64,000 bases of DNA from Nitrospinales bacterium (GTDB lineage: Bacteria > Nitrospinota > Nitrospinia > Nitrospinales > VA-1). Within the stretch, counting starts at the first letter, position 1. Each line of letters starts with the position of its first letter. Shown here piece after piece: positions 9,645 to 18,243 of this stretch. The stretch spans positions 576,001 through 640,000 of the forward strand of contig CBDCXL010000001.1 of NCBI GenBank assembly GCA_965223795.1, written 5' to 3'. A model generated the notes under the pieces. That model made no database searches and was not told the origin of the DNA. It worked only from the letters and a program-made list of their open reading frames with translations. The position numbers were made by a program, and so were the translations under genes.

Positions 9645-10166
9645 TCAATACATTTCCAGTTCTTTGATCAAATCCAGCCGTGTCTTGATGAACTTGCGCG
9701 TCACCCGCACACCCAGGATCGCCGCCGCTTCCACTTCCTCGGAGCGGGGCTTGACGTTGCGCTTGAAGATCAGCCGGTCGTTCACGCTGACAAAAATGAT
9801 GTTGCCGATGCGCGGCTCCGCCAACTCCTTCAGGGTGATGGTGTAATTTCCGGGCACCGGGTCCCAGTGGTTGGTGAAGAAATAATAAAAATCTCCGCCG
9901 ACCTTGGTTTTGGTTTCGTCGACCACCAATCCTGAGATGCTGAATATGTCGTCTTCATCGTCCCCGCCCGCGGGCTTGCCGGTTTTCTTTTCCGGTCGTG
10001 TTTTGTCATCGTTTTCTTCGATGTTGAGATCCGGTGCGGCGGCTGGTGTGTCGTACGCGAAAGACACTGCTGGAAGGGCGCACAGGCTCAGCCAAAGTCC
10101 CAGGGCCAGCGCGGTCCCGCCCCTGCCGTTTGCATGCCTGTCCTGACATCGATGATTGCGTTTCAT
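9645..10166 (-). CDS. csgE: Curli assembly protein CsgE
   Basis: ISGLVVDETKTKVG.DFY..F...W, ITLKE...PR.G..I.V.VND; lies directly upstream of csgF. Confidence 0.88.
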   Translation of the reverse strand: MKRNHRCQDRHANGRGGTALALGLWLSLCALPAVSFAYDTPAAAPDLNIEENDDKTRPEKKTGKPAGGDDEDDIFSISGLVVDETKTKVGGDFYYFFTNHWDPVPGNYTITLKELAEPRIGNIIFVSVNDRLIFKRNVKPRSEEVEAAAILGVRVTRKFIKTRLDLIKELEMY

Positions 10167-10193
10167 AAAACCGGGTTCATTCTGTTATCAGGA

Positions 10194-10228
10194 GAAAATC
10201 CGGGACCGGGCTTCCCTGCCCGGCCCCG
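10194..10228 (-). terminator. Intra-operon hairpin or weak terminator after the large curlin
   Basis: Minus strand CGGGGCCGGGC-AGGGAA-GCCCGGTCCCG followed by GATTTTC. Confidence 0.55.
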
Positions 10229-10275
10229 CTGCCTCTACTAAAACCCCAGTCGTTCCGCCGTTGTGCACGAACGGA

Positions 10276-11991
10276 TCAATTGGAGCCCACAACCACGGCC
10301 ACGTTGCCGTTGCCGGGCTGATTGATGGTGGCGGACTGCCCTACGAAACCTTCCTGGATGATGGTCGCGTCGTTGTTGTTGCCATCCTGGGTGATCTCGC
10401 CGAAATTATCCGCGCCGCCGTCCTGATCGATGAAGGCTTCGTTGCCGTCGCCGTTCTGGTAGATGAGGGCGGTGTTGTCCGCACTGCCGAAGCCTTGCTC
10501 GATGGTGGCGTTGTTGTCGTCGCCATGCTGTTCGATCCCCGCCTCGTTGCCGCCGGAAGCGAAGTCCTGAAAGATGATGGCATTGTTGTCATCGCCACCC
10601 TGGGTGATCCAGGCTTCGTTGTCCACGGACGCCAGGACCTGGCTGATCACGGCACTGTTATCATGGCCGGACTGGTCGATGTCCGCATCATTGGCAAGAG
10701 ACGCACCGCTCTGATCGATCCGCGCGAAGTTGTCGTCACCGGACTGATCGATGTGCGCGCTGTTGACGATTGACACGCCGTTCTGGTTGATGAAGGCTTC
10801 GTTGTCGTGGCCGGACTGATTGATCGACGCCTCATTGTCCACGGAGGCGAACTGCTGATCGATGTCGGCCAGGTTGTCGTCGCCGGACTGATGGATGGAA
10901 GCGTTGTTATCGGCAGAGCCAAAATTCTGACGGATCTCGGCGTTGTTGCGGTCGCCGTCCTGACCGATTTCCGCGGTGTTGTCTTCGGAACCGGGGGACT
11001 GGATGATGCGGGCGGTGTTGTCGTCACCGGACTGATCGATCCAGGCTTCGTTGCCTTCGGAGCTGTCCTGGTTGATGAAGGCCCGGTTGTCGTGACCGGA
11101 CTGGTCGATGTCGGCGGTGTTGTCGAACGAGCCAAGACCCTGTTGAACCCTTGCGGTGTTGTCGTCGCCCGACTGGTTGACGTTGGCTTCATTGCCGGCA
11201 GAGGTGAGATCCTGGAAGATGCGCGCGGTGTTGTCGTGACCGGACTGGTCGATGTGCGCTTCATTCTCCGCGGAACGGCGATTCTGGAAGATGCGCGCGA
11301 AGTTGTCGTCGCCTTCCTGAAGGATCGAAGCGTTGTTGTCAATCGAAAGGATGTTCTGCAAAATCGCCGCGTCGTTGTTGTCACCCGGCTGGCGGATATC
11401 CGCGGTGTTTTCAGTCTGGTTGTTCTGATTGATGGTGGCTTCGTTGTTATTGCCGCCCTGACGGATGCTCGCCTCGTTGTCGTCGGCGCCGTCCTGGTCG
11501 ATGAAAGCGGTGTTGTCGTTGCCGCCCTGACGGATCAGCGCGTCATTGTTCGTGGAACCGAAACCCTGTTCGATGGTCGCGTCGTTGTTGTCGCCCGGCT
11601 GGCGGATGGTGGCGGTGTTGTCCTCGGAGGTGAAGTCCTGGAAGATGGTGGCTTCGTTGTCGTCCCCCCGCTGGTTGATCAGCGCCTCGTTGTCCGCCGA
11701 GCCGAACTGCTGGAAGATGGTGGCTTCGTTGTCGTCACCGCGCTGGCGGATGGTGGCGTCGTTGTTGTTGGCGGTGTTGTTCTGGGTGATGTCCGCCGTG
11801 TTGTCGTCGCCGGGCTGATTGACGGTGGCGGTGTTGTTGTCGCTCCCCAACGACGGGGGCGCCTGGTTCACGTTGGCCGTGTTGTCATCGCCGGGCTGGT
11901 TGACGTTCGCCGTGTTGTCCGCGAACGCCTGACCGGTGAGAAACAGGGCCGTGGTGATTGAAATGATTAATATCCAAACTTTCGGTCTCAT
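10276..11991 (-). CDS. Large curlin subunit (CsgA-like), about 23 curlin repeats
   Basis: Signal peptide ending AFA, then about 46 N-x-A-x-I-x-Q half-repeats alternating 11 and 12-13 aa (e.g. NEAHIDQSGHD-NTARIFQDLTSAG). Confidence 0.92.
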   Translation of the reverse strand: MRPKVWILIISITTALFLTGQAFADNTANVNQPGDDNTANVNQAPPSLGSDNNTATVNQPGDDNTADITQNNTANNNDATIRQRGDDNEATIFQQFGSADNEALINQRGDDNEATIFQDFTSEDNTATIRQPGDNNDATIEQGFGSTNNDALIRQGGNDNTAFIDQDGADDNEASIRQGGNNNEATINQNNQTENTADIRQPGDNNDAAILQNILSIDNNASILQEGDDNFARIFQNRRSAENEAHIDQSGHDNTARIFQDLTSAGNEANVNQSGDDNTARVQQGLGSFDNTADIDQSGHDNRAFINQDSSEGNEAWIDQSGDDNTARIIQSPGSEDNTAEIGQDGDRNNAEIRQNFGSADNNASIHQSGDDNLADIDQQFASVDNEASINQSGHDNEAFINQNGVSIVNSAHIDQSGDDNFARIDQSGASLANDADIDQSGHDNSAVISQVLASVDNEAWITQGGDDNNAIIFQDFASGGNEAGIEQHGDDNNATIEQGFGSADNTALIYQNGDGNEAFIDQDGGADNFGEITQDGNNNDATIIQEGFVGQSATINQPGNGNVAVVVGSN

Positions 11992-12057
11992 GTGAGTTCT
12001 CCTCCTGCTGGGTTGAAAAAATGCGATTCCATGCGGAATCCCTGATAATTCAGAAAA

Positions 12058-12681
12058 TCAATTCTGAAACACGTTCGCCGTGTTGCCGCTGCCAGACTGC
12101 GTGATGGTGGCGCGGGAATTGTCGGCGCCGTTCTGGTTGATCAAAGCCGTGTTGCCGTCGCCGCTTTGAAAGATGCTGGCGGAACTGGACAACGCGCCGT
12201 TCTGCAAAACGGCGGCGTCGTTGCCGCTTCCGGACTGGTCGATGAGCGCGAAGCTGTCCTCCGCGCCGTTCTGGGATATGGAGGCGAAGTTGTCGTCGCC
12301 GGACTGATCGATGGAAGCGATGTTGCCGAACGCGCCGTCGTTCTGAAAAATGAAGGCTTCGTTGCCATTGCCGGACTGGTCGACCACGGCTTCGTTGCTC
12401 TCGGAATCGGATTGTTCGATTTCTGCGAGGTTGTTGTTGCCGGACTGGTCGATGGAAGCAAAGTTTGCAAAAGAACCGTCCGCCTGGATGATGGTGGCCT
12501 CGTTCTCGTTACCGGGCTGATCGATGAGCGCGGTCAGATCGTCTCCGGCCTGCACGATGGTGGCCAGGTTGTCCTCGCCGTCCTGCACGATATCGAGGAC
12601 GTTTTCCGCGGCCCCCGCGTTTGCGCTCCAGAATGCCAGCGCCAACCCGACGAATATGCTGAGCCCCGTTTTTTTAAACAT
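12058..12681 (-). CDS. Curlin subunit (CsgA/CsgB-like), about 8 repeats
   Basis: Signal peptide; 16 half-repeats such as NFASIDQSGNN and NEAVVDQSGNG. Confidence 0.9.
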   Translation of the reverse strand: MFKKTGLSIFVGLALAFWSANAGAAENVLDIVQDGEDNLATIVQAGDDLTALIDQPGNENEATIIQADGSFANFASIDQSGNNNLAEIEQSDSESNEAVVDQSGNGNEAFIFQNDGAFGNIASIDQSGDDNFASISQNGAEDSFALIDQSGSGNDAAVLQNGALSSSASIFQSGDGNTALINQNGADNSRATITQSGSGNTANVFQN

Positions 12682-12741
12682 GTCCCCTCCCTCCCTGATT
12701 TTCTTGATTCAATGCCGCGTGAAACCCGTTTGCGCTCTCAA

Positions 12742-13647
12742 TCAGGGTTGGACACCGCCAAAACCCGGAATCACGGTCGTGCCGAAGGAATCCTGTATGA
12801 TGCTGACGTCGAGCCCGTTGCCTTCCTGGGTGACGCTGAATGAAAGTCCGTCGCCGCTCTGGCTCTGATCGATGGAGTTGTTGCTGCCAATCTGCACGGC
12901 CTCGAGAAAATTGCCATCGCCGGCCTGCGTCTGATTGATGTCGTTGCCGCTGCCGATCTGGGTCGCCAGTGCGACGTTGCCGCTGCCTTCCTGGATCTGC
13001 GTGAGCAGGTTGTCCTCGCCGTCCTGCAGGGCCACCACCGAATTCAGGACTCCCTGCTGATTCAGGTCATGAACATTGCCGCCGCCGTACTGAGCGGCCG
13101 CGGCGCTGTTTCCGCTTCCGTTCTGAATGAGCGCGGCCTGATTGGCATATCCGTCCTGCAGGCCGGTCACTTCGTTGTCGAAACCGGACTGCTTGAGATC
13201 GAATTCGTTGTCTTCGCCGTGCTGCTCCAAGTCCAGGCTGTTGCCGGCGCCGGACTGCCTGAGGCCCACACGGTTCTTCGTGCCGGTCTGCTCCACCGAG
13301 GCCCAGTTCGCGTCGCCTTCCTGCAGGATTGCGGTTTCGCTGCCGGTGCCGTCCTGATCGATTTCGGCTTCGTTGACTCCCACCACCTGTTCGATGGAAG
13401 AAAGACCTGCGTTCCCCTCCTGCACGACGGAGGCGCGGCCTCCGTTTTTCCCCTGTGAGATCAACGCCTCGTTGCCCTCTCCTGCCTGCTGCACCGTGTT
13501 GTTGTCTGCGGCGAAGGAGGGCGGAGGCCCGATGACCGGACCTCCAGCAACCAGAAGGGAGAACAACAGGAAAACTACGATCGGAAGACGTACTTCGTGG
13601 GGGATGGAAGGGATTTTTGCTCTGAAACACAAATTCATGAACCGCAC
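12742..13647 (-). CDS. Curlin subunit, probable CsgB-like nucleator, about 11 repeats
   Basis: 22 regular 11-aa units (N.A.I.Q.G..); degenerate last units LSFSVTQEGNG-LDVSIIQ; first gene of the operon; start uncertain (13647 or 13638). Confidence 0.85.
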   Translation of the reverse strand: MRFMNLCFRAKIPSIPHEVRLPIVVFLLFSLLVAGGPVIGPPPSFAADNNTVQQAGEGNEALISQGKNGGRASVVQEGNAGLSSIEQVVGVNEAEIDQDGTGSETAILQEGDANWASVEQTGTKNRVGLRQSGAGNSLDLEQHGEDNEFDLKQSGFDNEVTGLQDGYANQAALIQNGSGNSAAAAQYGGGNVHDLNQQGVLNSVVALQDGEDNLLTQIQEGSGNVALATQIGSGNDINQTQAGDGNFLEAVQIGSNNSIDQSQSGDGLSFSVTQEGNGLDVSIIQDSFGTTVIPGFGGVQP

Positions 13648-13965
13648 CTTTTCATTTGCCCTTCATTTCGCTGCATCACCCGATCAAGAAATGGATCGGG
13701 ATGCGCTGAGTTTTGGATTTTCGATCAAACCCTTTTTCCGGCTAAGGGGGTTTGACGAATGCAGGGGGAAATGAAATTCAGGAACCGGCCTTTCGATTCG
13801 GTTCCAGATAAATTCCACAAAGCCACGAATGCGGAATGGCGGTTTTATAGAACACTGCCCTGAGGGTGTATATAGTTTGATAAGACTATTTTAATTGACC
13901 GATATTTTTCAGGAAGTTTGAGTAAATTAAGGGTGAATTTTTATTTTAAAATCGAAAGGTGACAG

Positions 13966-13981
13966 TGTGACGCATGTCACA
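13966..13981. promoter_or_regulatory. CRP/FNR-family binding site
   Basis: Perfect TGTGA-CGCATG-TCACA followed by TTT, in AT-rich DNA upstream of the curli operon. Confidence 0.7.
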
Positions 13982-14115
13982 TTTCTCCCCACCCCTTCCT
14001 TTTTCACGGGCAGGATTTTTTGCTCACGAATGCGCTCCTTTGCAGGAGCGGGTCGTCCGGCAAAAAATAAATTGGACTGTCCGGAAGTCCGGAATTAAAA
14101 ACGGCGGGGTTTCGG

Positions 14116-14376
14116 TCAGAAACCGGTTTTGTTGAGCTTGGCGATCAGCTCCGCGCGGGTTTTCACGCGCAGCTTTTTGTGGATATTGCGAATGTGGGCT
14201 TTTTGCGTGTAAACACTGATGAACAGCTTGCAGGCGATTTCCTTGTCGCTCATTCCCTCGCGCACCATGACGAGGATCTCGTTTTCCCTCGGCGTCAGAT
14301 GAATGGGCGCGGGGTCTTTCGGTTTATGGGCGTTGCCCTTGAGAGGCGAGTCTGGCTGCGATTTGGCTGATTCCAT
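14116..14376 (-). CDS. Stand-alone LuxR-type HTH regulator (CsgD-like position)
   Basis: LTPRENEIL....GMSDKEIA.KLFIS..T.KAHIRNIHKKL.V.TR. Confidence 0.9.
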   Translation of the reverse strand: MESAKSQPDSPLKGNAHKPKDPAPIHLTPRENEILVMVREGMSDKEIACKLFISVYTQKAHIRNIHKKLRVKTRAELIAKLNKTGF

Positions 14377-15075
14377 GGATCTGCTTTCGTGAGGGGCGTC
14401 CGGAAGCGTTGCCGCTTCCGGACTCGAATGGAATTTCAGAATCTCAATGCGCGAATGGATCGGTTTCCATCTTCCTCAGACTGCTTTTCCCGGGGATCGT
14501 TTTTTTCCGGCCTTTTCTCTCCCATTTCCGCGGGAAACGATGCTAAATATTTTTAAACTAATTTAAATAAATTAGCGGGAATTATCTAGCATTTTCCCTA
14601 AAAATTGTAAATAGTTTGATCAGACTAATGAGCGCACAAGCCGGCGCCCTGCATGCAGAATGTCCCTGTGCGGCGGCGTTCGCATGCAGTCTGAATTTCT
14701 AAATTCAGATAATACAATCGCTCATTTTCAACACTGCTTCCCACCGGACCGGAACGCAAAAAATACATTTCAAAAAAATATTTTTTTCCGTGTCGATTTT
14801 CTCTCATCGCCGGTTCCTGAAATGCCGTTACGGTTGTCGAGAGTTTTTCGACGCACCGGCGCTGTTTTTTTGCTTTTCTTCTCAATGTGTGCGGAGCCTG
14901 TTTTTTTACCGATTTAAATCACACCTCCAAATCCCGTTCCCCGCTGTTCAAGATTTGCCGTTGACACACGCGCGCGCACTTTTTAGATTGGGCCTCCGCT
15001 GAAAAATCAGGACTCCGTCGAATTGTCCGCGTTAGCGGCGATTGCATCCACTCACCGATTTGGAAAACACAGAAA

Positions 15076-16578
15076 ATGAAAACACCTGAATCCACAGGGA
15101 TCCGGTTTCGCCTCAGCGCCTGCCTCGCCTGGGTTCTGGTCCTGGCGCTGCCGTCCGCGCTCTTTGCGGACACACGCACGGAGCTGCTCAAGGCCAAGGA
15201 GGCGTACCTCAAGGGCGATTTCGAGACCACGCTGCAAATCTTCACGGGGTTCGCGAACCGCGGCAACAAAAACGCCCAGTTCATTTTGGGAGAAATGTAC
15301 GGACGCGGGCTCGGCATCCCCCGGGACCCAGAAAAGGCGGCCAAATGGTATCAGATGGCCGCGGAGCAGAACCTTCACAAAGCCCAGTACCGCATCGGCG
15401 AGATGTACCGCAGGGGCTTCGGCGTTCCCAAGGACGACGAGCAGGCGGTTCACTGGTACCGCCGCGCGGCGCTGCAGGGCCACACACAGGCGCAGTTCAA
15501 CCTGGGGTATTTTTTCGAGCACGGCCGGGGTGTTCCGCAGGATAAAAAACAGGCGGTGAACTGGTACACGCAGGCCGCCAGCCAGGGCTTCACCTCGGCG
15601 CAGTTCAACCTCGCTTTGATGTACGATGAGGGCGAGGGTGTGCCAAAAAACAAACGTGAGGCGGCGATCTGGTATCGCAAGGCGGCGGAACAGGGTTACC
15701 CGCCCGCGCAGTCGAACCTCGGCCTGCTCTATGAAATGGGTCTGGGCGTCAAAAGAAACTACCAGGAAGCGGCGCGGCTGTACCGGCTGGCGGCGGAACA
15801 GGGTTACGCTTCGGCCCAGTTCAACCTCGGGCTGATGCACGACAAGGGACGCGGCATTGCACAGGACAAAAAGGAAGCGGTGAAGTGGTACCGTCTGGCG
15901 GCGGAACAGGGTTACGCCGCGGCGCAGTTCAACCTGGGCTGGATGTACGATCAGGGCCAGGGCGTTGAATCTGACAAAAAGCGGGCCCTGCACTGGTACC
16001 GCAAGGCGGCCGCACAAGGCCAGCCGGAAGCGCAGTTCAACCTGGGCCTGTTGAACGATCTGGGCCGCGGGCTGCCCGTCAATAAAGAAAACGCGGTGAA
16101 GTGGTACCGGCTGGCGGCGGAACAGGGGCACCCGCAGGCACAGCTGAACCTGGGTTTCATGTATGGCAACGGCAGCGGCGTCGCGCAAAACAAACTGGAA
16201 GCCATCGAATGGTACGGGAAGGCCGCCCGCCAGGGCTACGCGCCGGCGCAATTGAACCTCGGACTGGTCTACGACCAGGGAGACGGCGTTCCGCCGGACC
16301 GGGAAAAAGCGTTTCAATGGTACCGCAAAGCGGCGGAGCAGGGACTGGCGGAAGCGCAGATGAACCTGGGCTATCTGTACGGAACGGGCCGCGGCGTCCT
16401 CAAGGATTATCTGAAGGCCCACCTCTGGTACAGTCTCGCGCTCAAGAAACTGCAGTCGCGCACCGACCGCGAGCTGGCGGAACGCAACCGGGATGTAGTC
16501 GCCGGACTCATGGACCCGGCGCAGATCGCGGAAGCGCAGAAGCTGGTTGAACAATGGAGCGCGCAAAACAAGCAATGA
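15076..16578 (+). CDS. Secreted Sel1-like repeat protein (11 repeats)
   Basis: 36-aa AQFNLG.MY..G.GV..D...A..WY..AA.QG repeats; signal peptide. Confidence 0.95.
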   Translation: MKTPESTGIRFRLSACLAWVLVLALPSALFADTRTELLKAKEAYLKGDFETTLQIFTGFANRGNKNAQFILGEMYGRGLGIPRDPEKAAKWYQMAAEQNLHKAQYRIGEMYRRGFGVPKDDEQAVHWYRRAALQGHTQAQFNLGYFFEHGRGVPQDKKQAVNWYTQAASQGFTSAQFNLALMYDEGEGVPKNKREAAIWYRKAAEQGYPPAQSNLGLLYEMGLGVKRNYQEAARLYRLAAEQGYASAQFNLGLMHDKGRGIAQDKKEAVKWYRLAAEQGYAAAQFNLGWMYDQGQGVESDKKRALHWYRKAAAQGQPEAQFNLGLLNDLGRGLPVNKENAVKWYRLAAEQGHPQAQLNLGFMYGNGSGVAQNKLEAIEWYGKAARQGYAPAQLNLGLVYDQGDGVPPDREKAFQWYRKAAEQGLAEAQMNLGYLYGTGRGVLKDYLKAHLWYSLALKKLQSRTDRELAERNRDVVAGLMDPAQIAEAQKLVEQWSAQNKQ

Positions 16579-16842
16579 CCCTGCCGGGCGCGGGATCGGC
16601 CCAGTTCCGGTATGATGCCCGCGCAGCTCCAAACTTACGGTTTTTCAGGCCTTTTTGATCTACGCTTTGTGAAACAGGCCCCTGCCCCCATTAAACCTTT
16701 GATTTTTTTGACCTTATAATTTATCCTGAAGAGGATCAATCGGTTCCGCCAGGAAGGGTTGTTTTGCTTAAGGCTCGTTACTGGCTGGATTGACAGGGAT
16801 TCTGCGGTCCTGAAACCGGGGCCGGCTTTTTAAAAGGACATC

Positions 16843-17247
16843 ATGGACGCCATCAAAGTGCTGCTCATCGAGGACGACCCGGAAGACGCGGAAATCGTGA
16901 GCGATCTGCTGCAATCCTCGCAGTTGAACGTGAACCTGGAAGTCGCGAATTCATCCAAACTCGGCATCGAGAAACTGGAAAACCAGGACTACCACTGCGT
17001 TCTGGTCGATCACATGATTCCGGGCATTTCCGGCATGAATCTCATCATGAAGGTGAAGGAAACCGGCAGCTCGGTGCCCTGCATTCTGCTGACGGGTTTT
17101 GGTGATGAAGAACAGAAACAGGAAATGCTCTCCCTCGGCGCGTTCGACTACCTGCGCAAACAGGATCTGAACCGCGAAGCGCTGGAAAATAAAATCCACA
17201 AGGCGCTGATCTGGAATTACAAAAAGAATGACGTGGCCGCGAGCTGA
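16843..17247 (+). CDS. Single-domain response regulator receiver
   Basis: LLIEDD, LVDHMIPG.SG, LLTGFG, AFDYLRK. Confidence 0.9.
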   Translation: MDAIKVLLIEDDPEDAEIVSDLLQSSQLNVNLEVANSSKLGIEKLENQDYHCVLVDHMIPGISGMNLIMKVKETGSSVPCILLTGFGDEEQKQEMLSLGAFDYLRKQDLNREALENKIHKALIWNYKKNDVAAS

Positions 17248-17330
17248 CGTTGCATCATCCCACCCGTTGAACTTCCCGCCTGCCTGATTGAAACCCGCGC
17301 ACTCCCGTCCACAAAGGACGGCGCCTGTTC

Positions 17331-17813
17331 TCAGTGGTTGTGACCGCCGCCCTGATCGTGTGAATGGCCGTGTTCTATTTCCTCCTGGGTGGCTTCTCTC
17401 ACTTTAAGGACTTCCACGGAAAAATGCAGGGATTCGCCGGCCAGTGGATGGTTGCCGTCGATCTTGACGTCTTCGCCCTCTTCTTCGACGATGGTGAAGA
17501 TGTGGTTGTTCTCTCCCAGGGTGGCTTCAAACTGAAGTCCGGGGACGATTTTCATGTCCTGAGGGAATTTGGTGCGGGGCAGTTTCAGGCGCAGACCGGG
17601 GTTCACTTCGCCGTACCCTTCGTTGGGAGCCAGGTCGATGTTCTTTTTATCCCCCTGCGTCATGCCTTCCAGCGCTTTCTCCAGACCGGGCACGATCTGG
17701 TTGTGTCCGTGCAGGTAGGACAGCGGCTTTTCCGCGTCGGCGCGGTCCAGCTCCTTGCCCTCGGAGTTTTTCAATTGATAGCTCAACGACACGACGGTGT
17801 TCTTTGCGATCAT
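17331..17813 (-). CDS. slyD: FKBP-type peptidyl-prolyl isomerase SlyD
   Basis: YLHGHNQIVPGLEKALEG, P.EGYG, IDGNHPLAG.SLHF.VEV, His-rich tail. Confidence 0.93.
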   Translation of the reverse strand: MIAKNTVVSLSYQLKNSEGKELDRADAEKPLSYLHGHNQIVPGLEKALEGMTQGDKKNIDLAPNEGYGEVNPGLRLKLPRTKFPQDMKIVPGLQFEATLGENNHIFTIVEEEGEDVKIDGNHPLAGESLHFSVEVLKVREATQEEIEHGHSHDQGGGHNH

Positions 17814-18243
17814 AGCACGCCCCTTTCATCGATTGGATTTCCGGACTCCGACGCCGTTCGGTCCGGAGGGGTGATGCCCGTTTCCAGGCAGGGTAAATTG
17901 CAATCTCGGACGGACAGAAATTAAGGGCTGGGGAAAGGCAGGTGCGGGAGTATTCTCTCCAACCGGCTTGATTTCAGGTTCAAGCGATGTATCCGGTGTC
18001 TGAGATCAGAATTCAATGACATTTTAAGCAATTGTGACAGGTTCCCCCGATCCCGTCAAGCCGGGCCCGGGATGCGAACGGTTCCCTGTATCAGTTCGAG
18101 ACCTTTGCAAAACAAGACGATCGGGGAAACCGCGTGTCTTTTTTCCGCTCTGAGCCCCGCAACAGGTCTGCAAGCCGATTTACACGCAAAGCGGCAGGGC
18201 AAAGCAGGCAGGAAGCAATGGCGTCTTAGCAAAGCACGGCCGT

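Noticed and set aside
10156..12843. Val/Gly-rich plus-strand ORFs and Thr-rich alternative frames over the curlins
   Set aside because: Antisense or frame-shifted readings of the repetitive curlin genes
10276..13500. Periodic DNA repeats resembling a CRISPR or tandem array
   Set aside because: Degenerate, in-frame protein-coding curlin repeats; no identical direct repeats with unique spacers and no cas genes
15052..16632. 526-aa minus-strand ORF (likewise 18247-19149 and 32023-32973)
   Set aside because: Antisense shadows of the Sel1-repeat genes
18180..18240. GGGCAAA and ACGCAAAG words resembling a c-di-GMP-I riboswitch
   Set aside because: Elements are in the wrong order, lack the P2/P3 stems, and are not upstream of a same-strand gene
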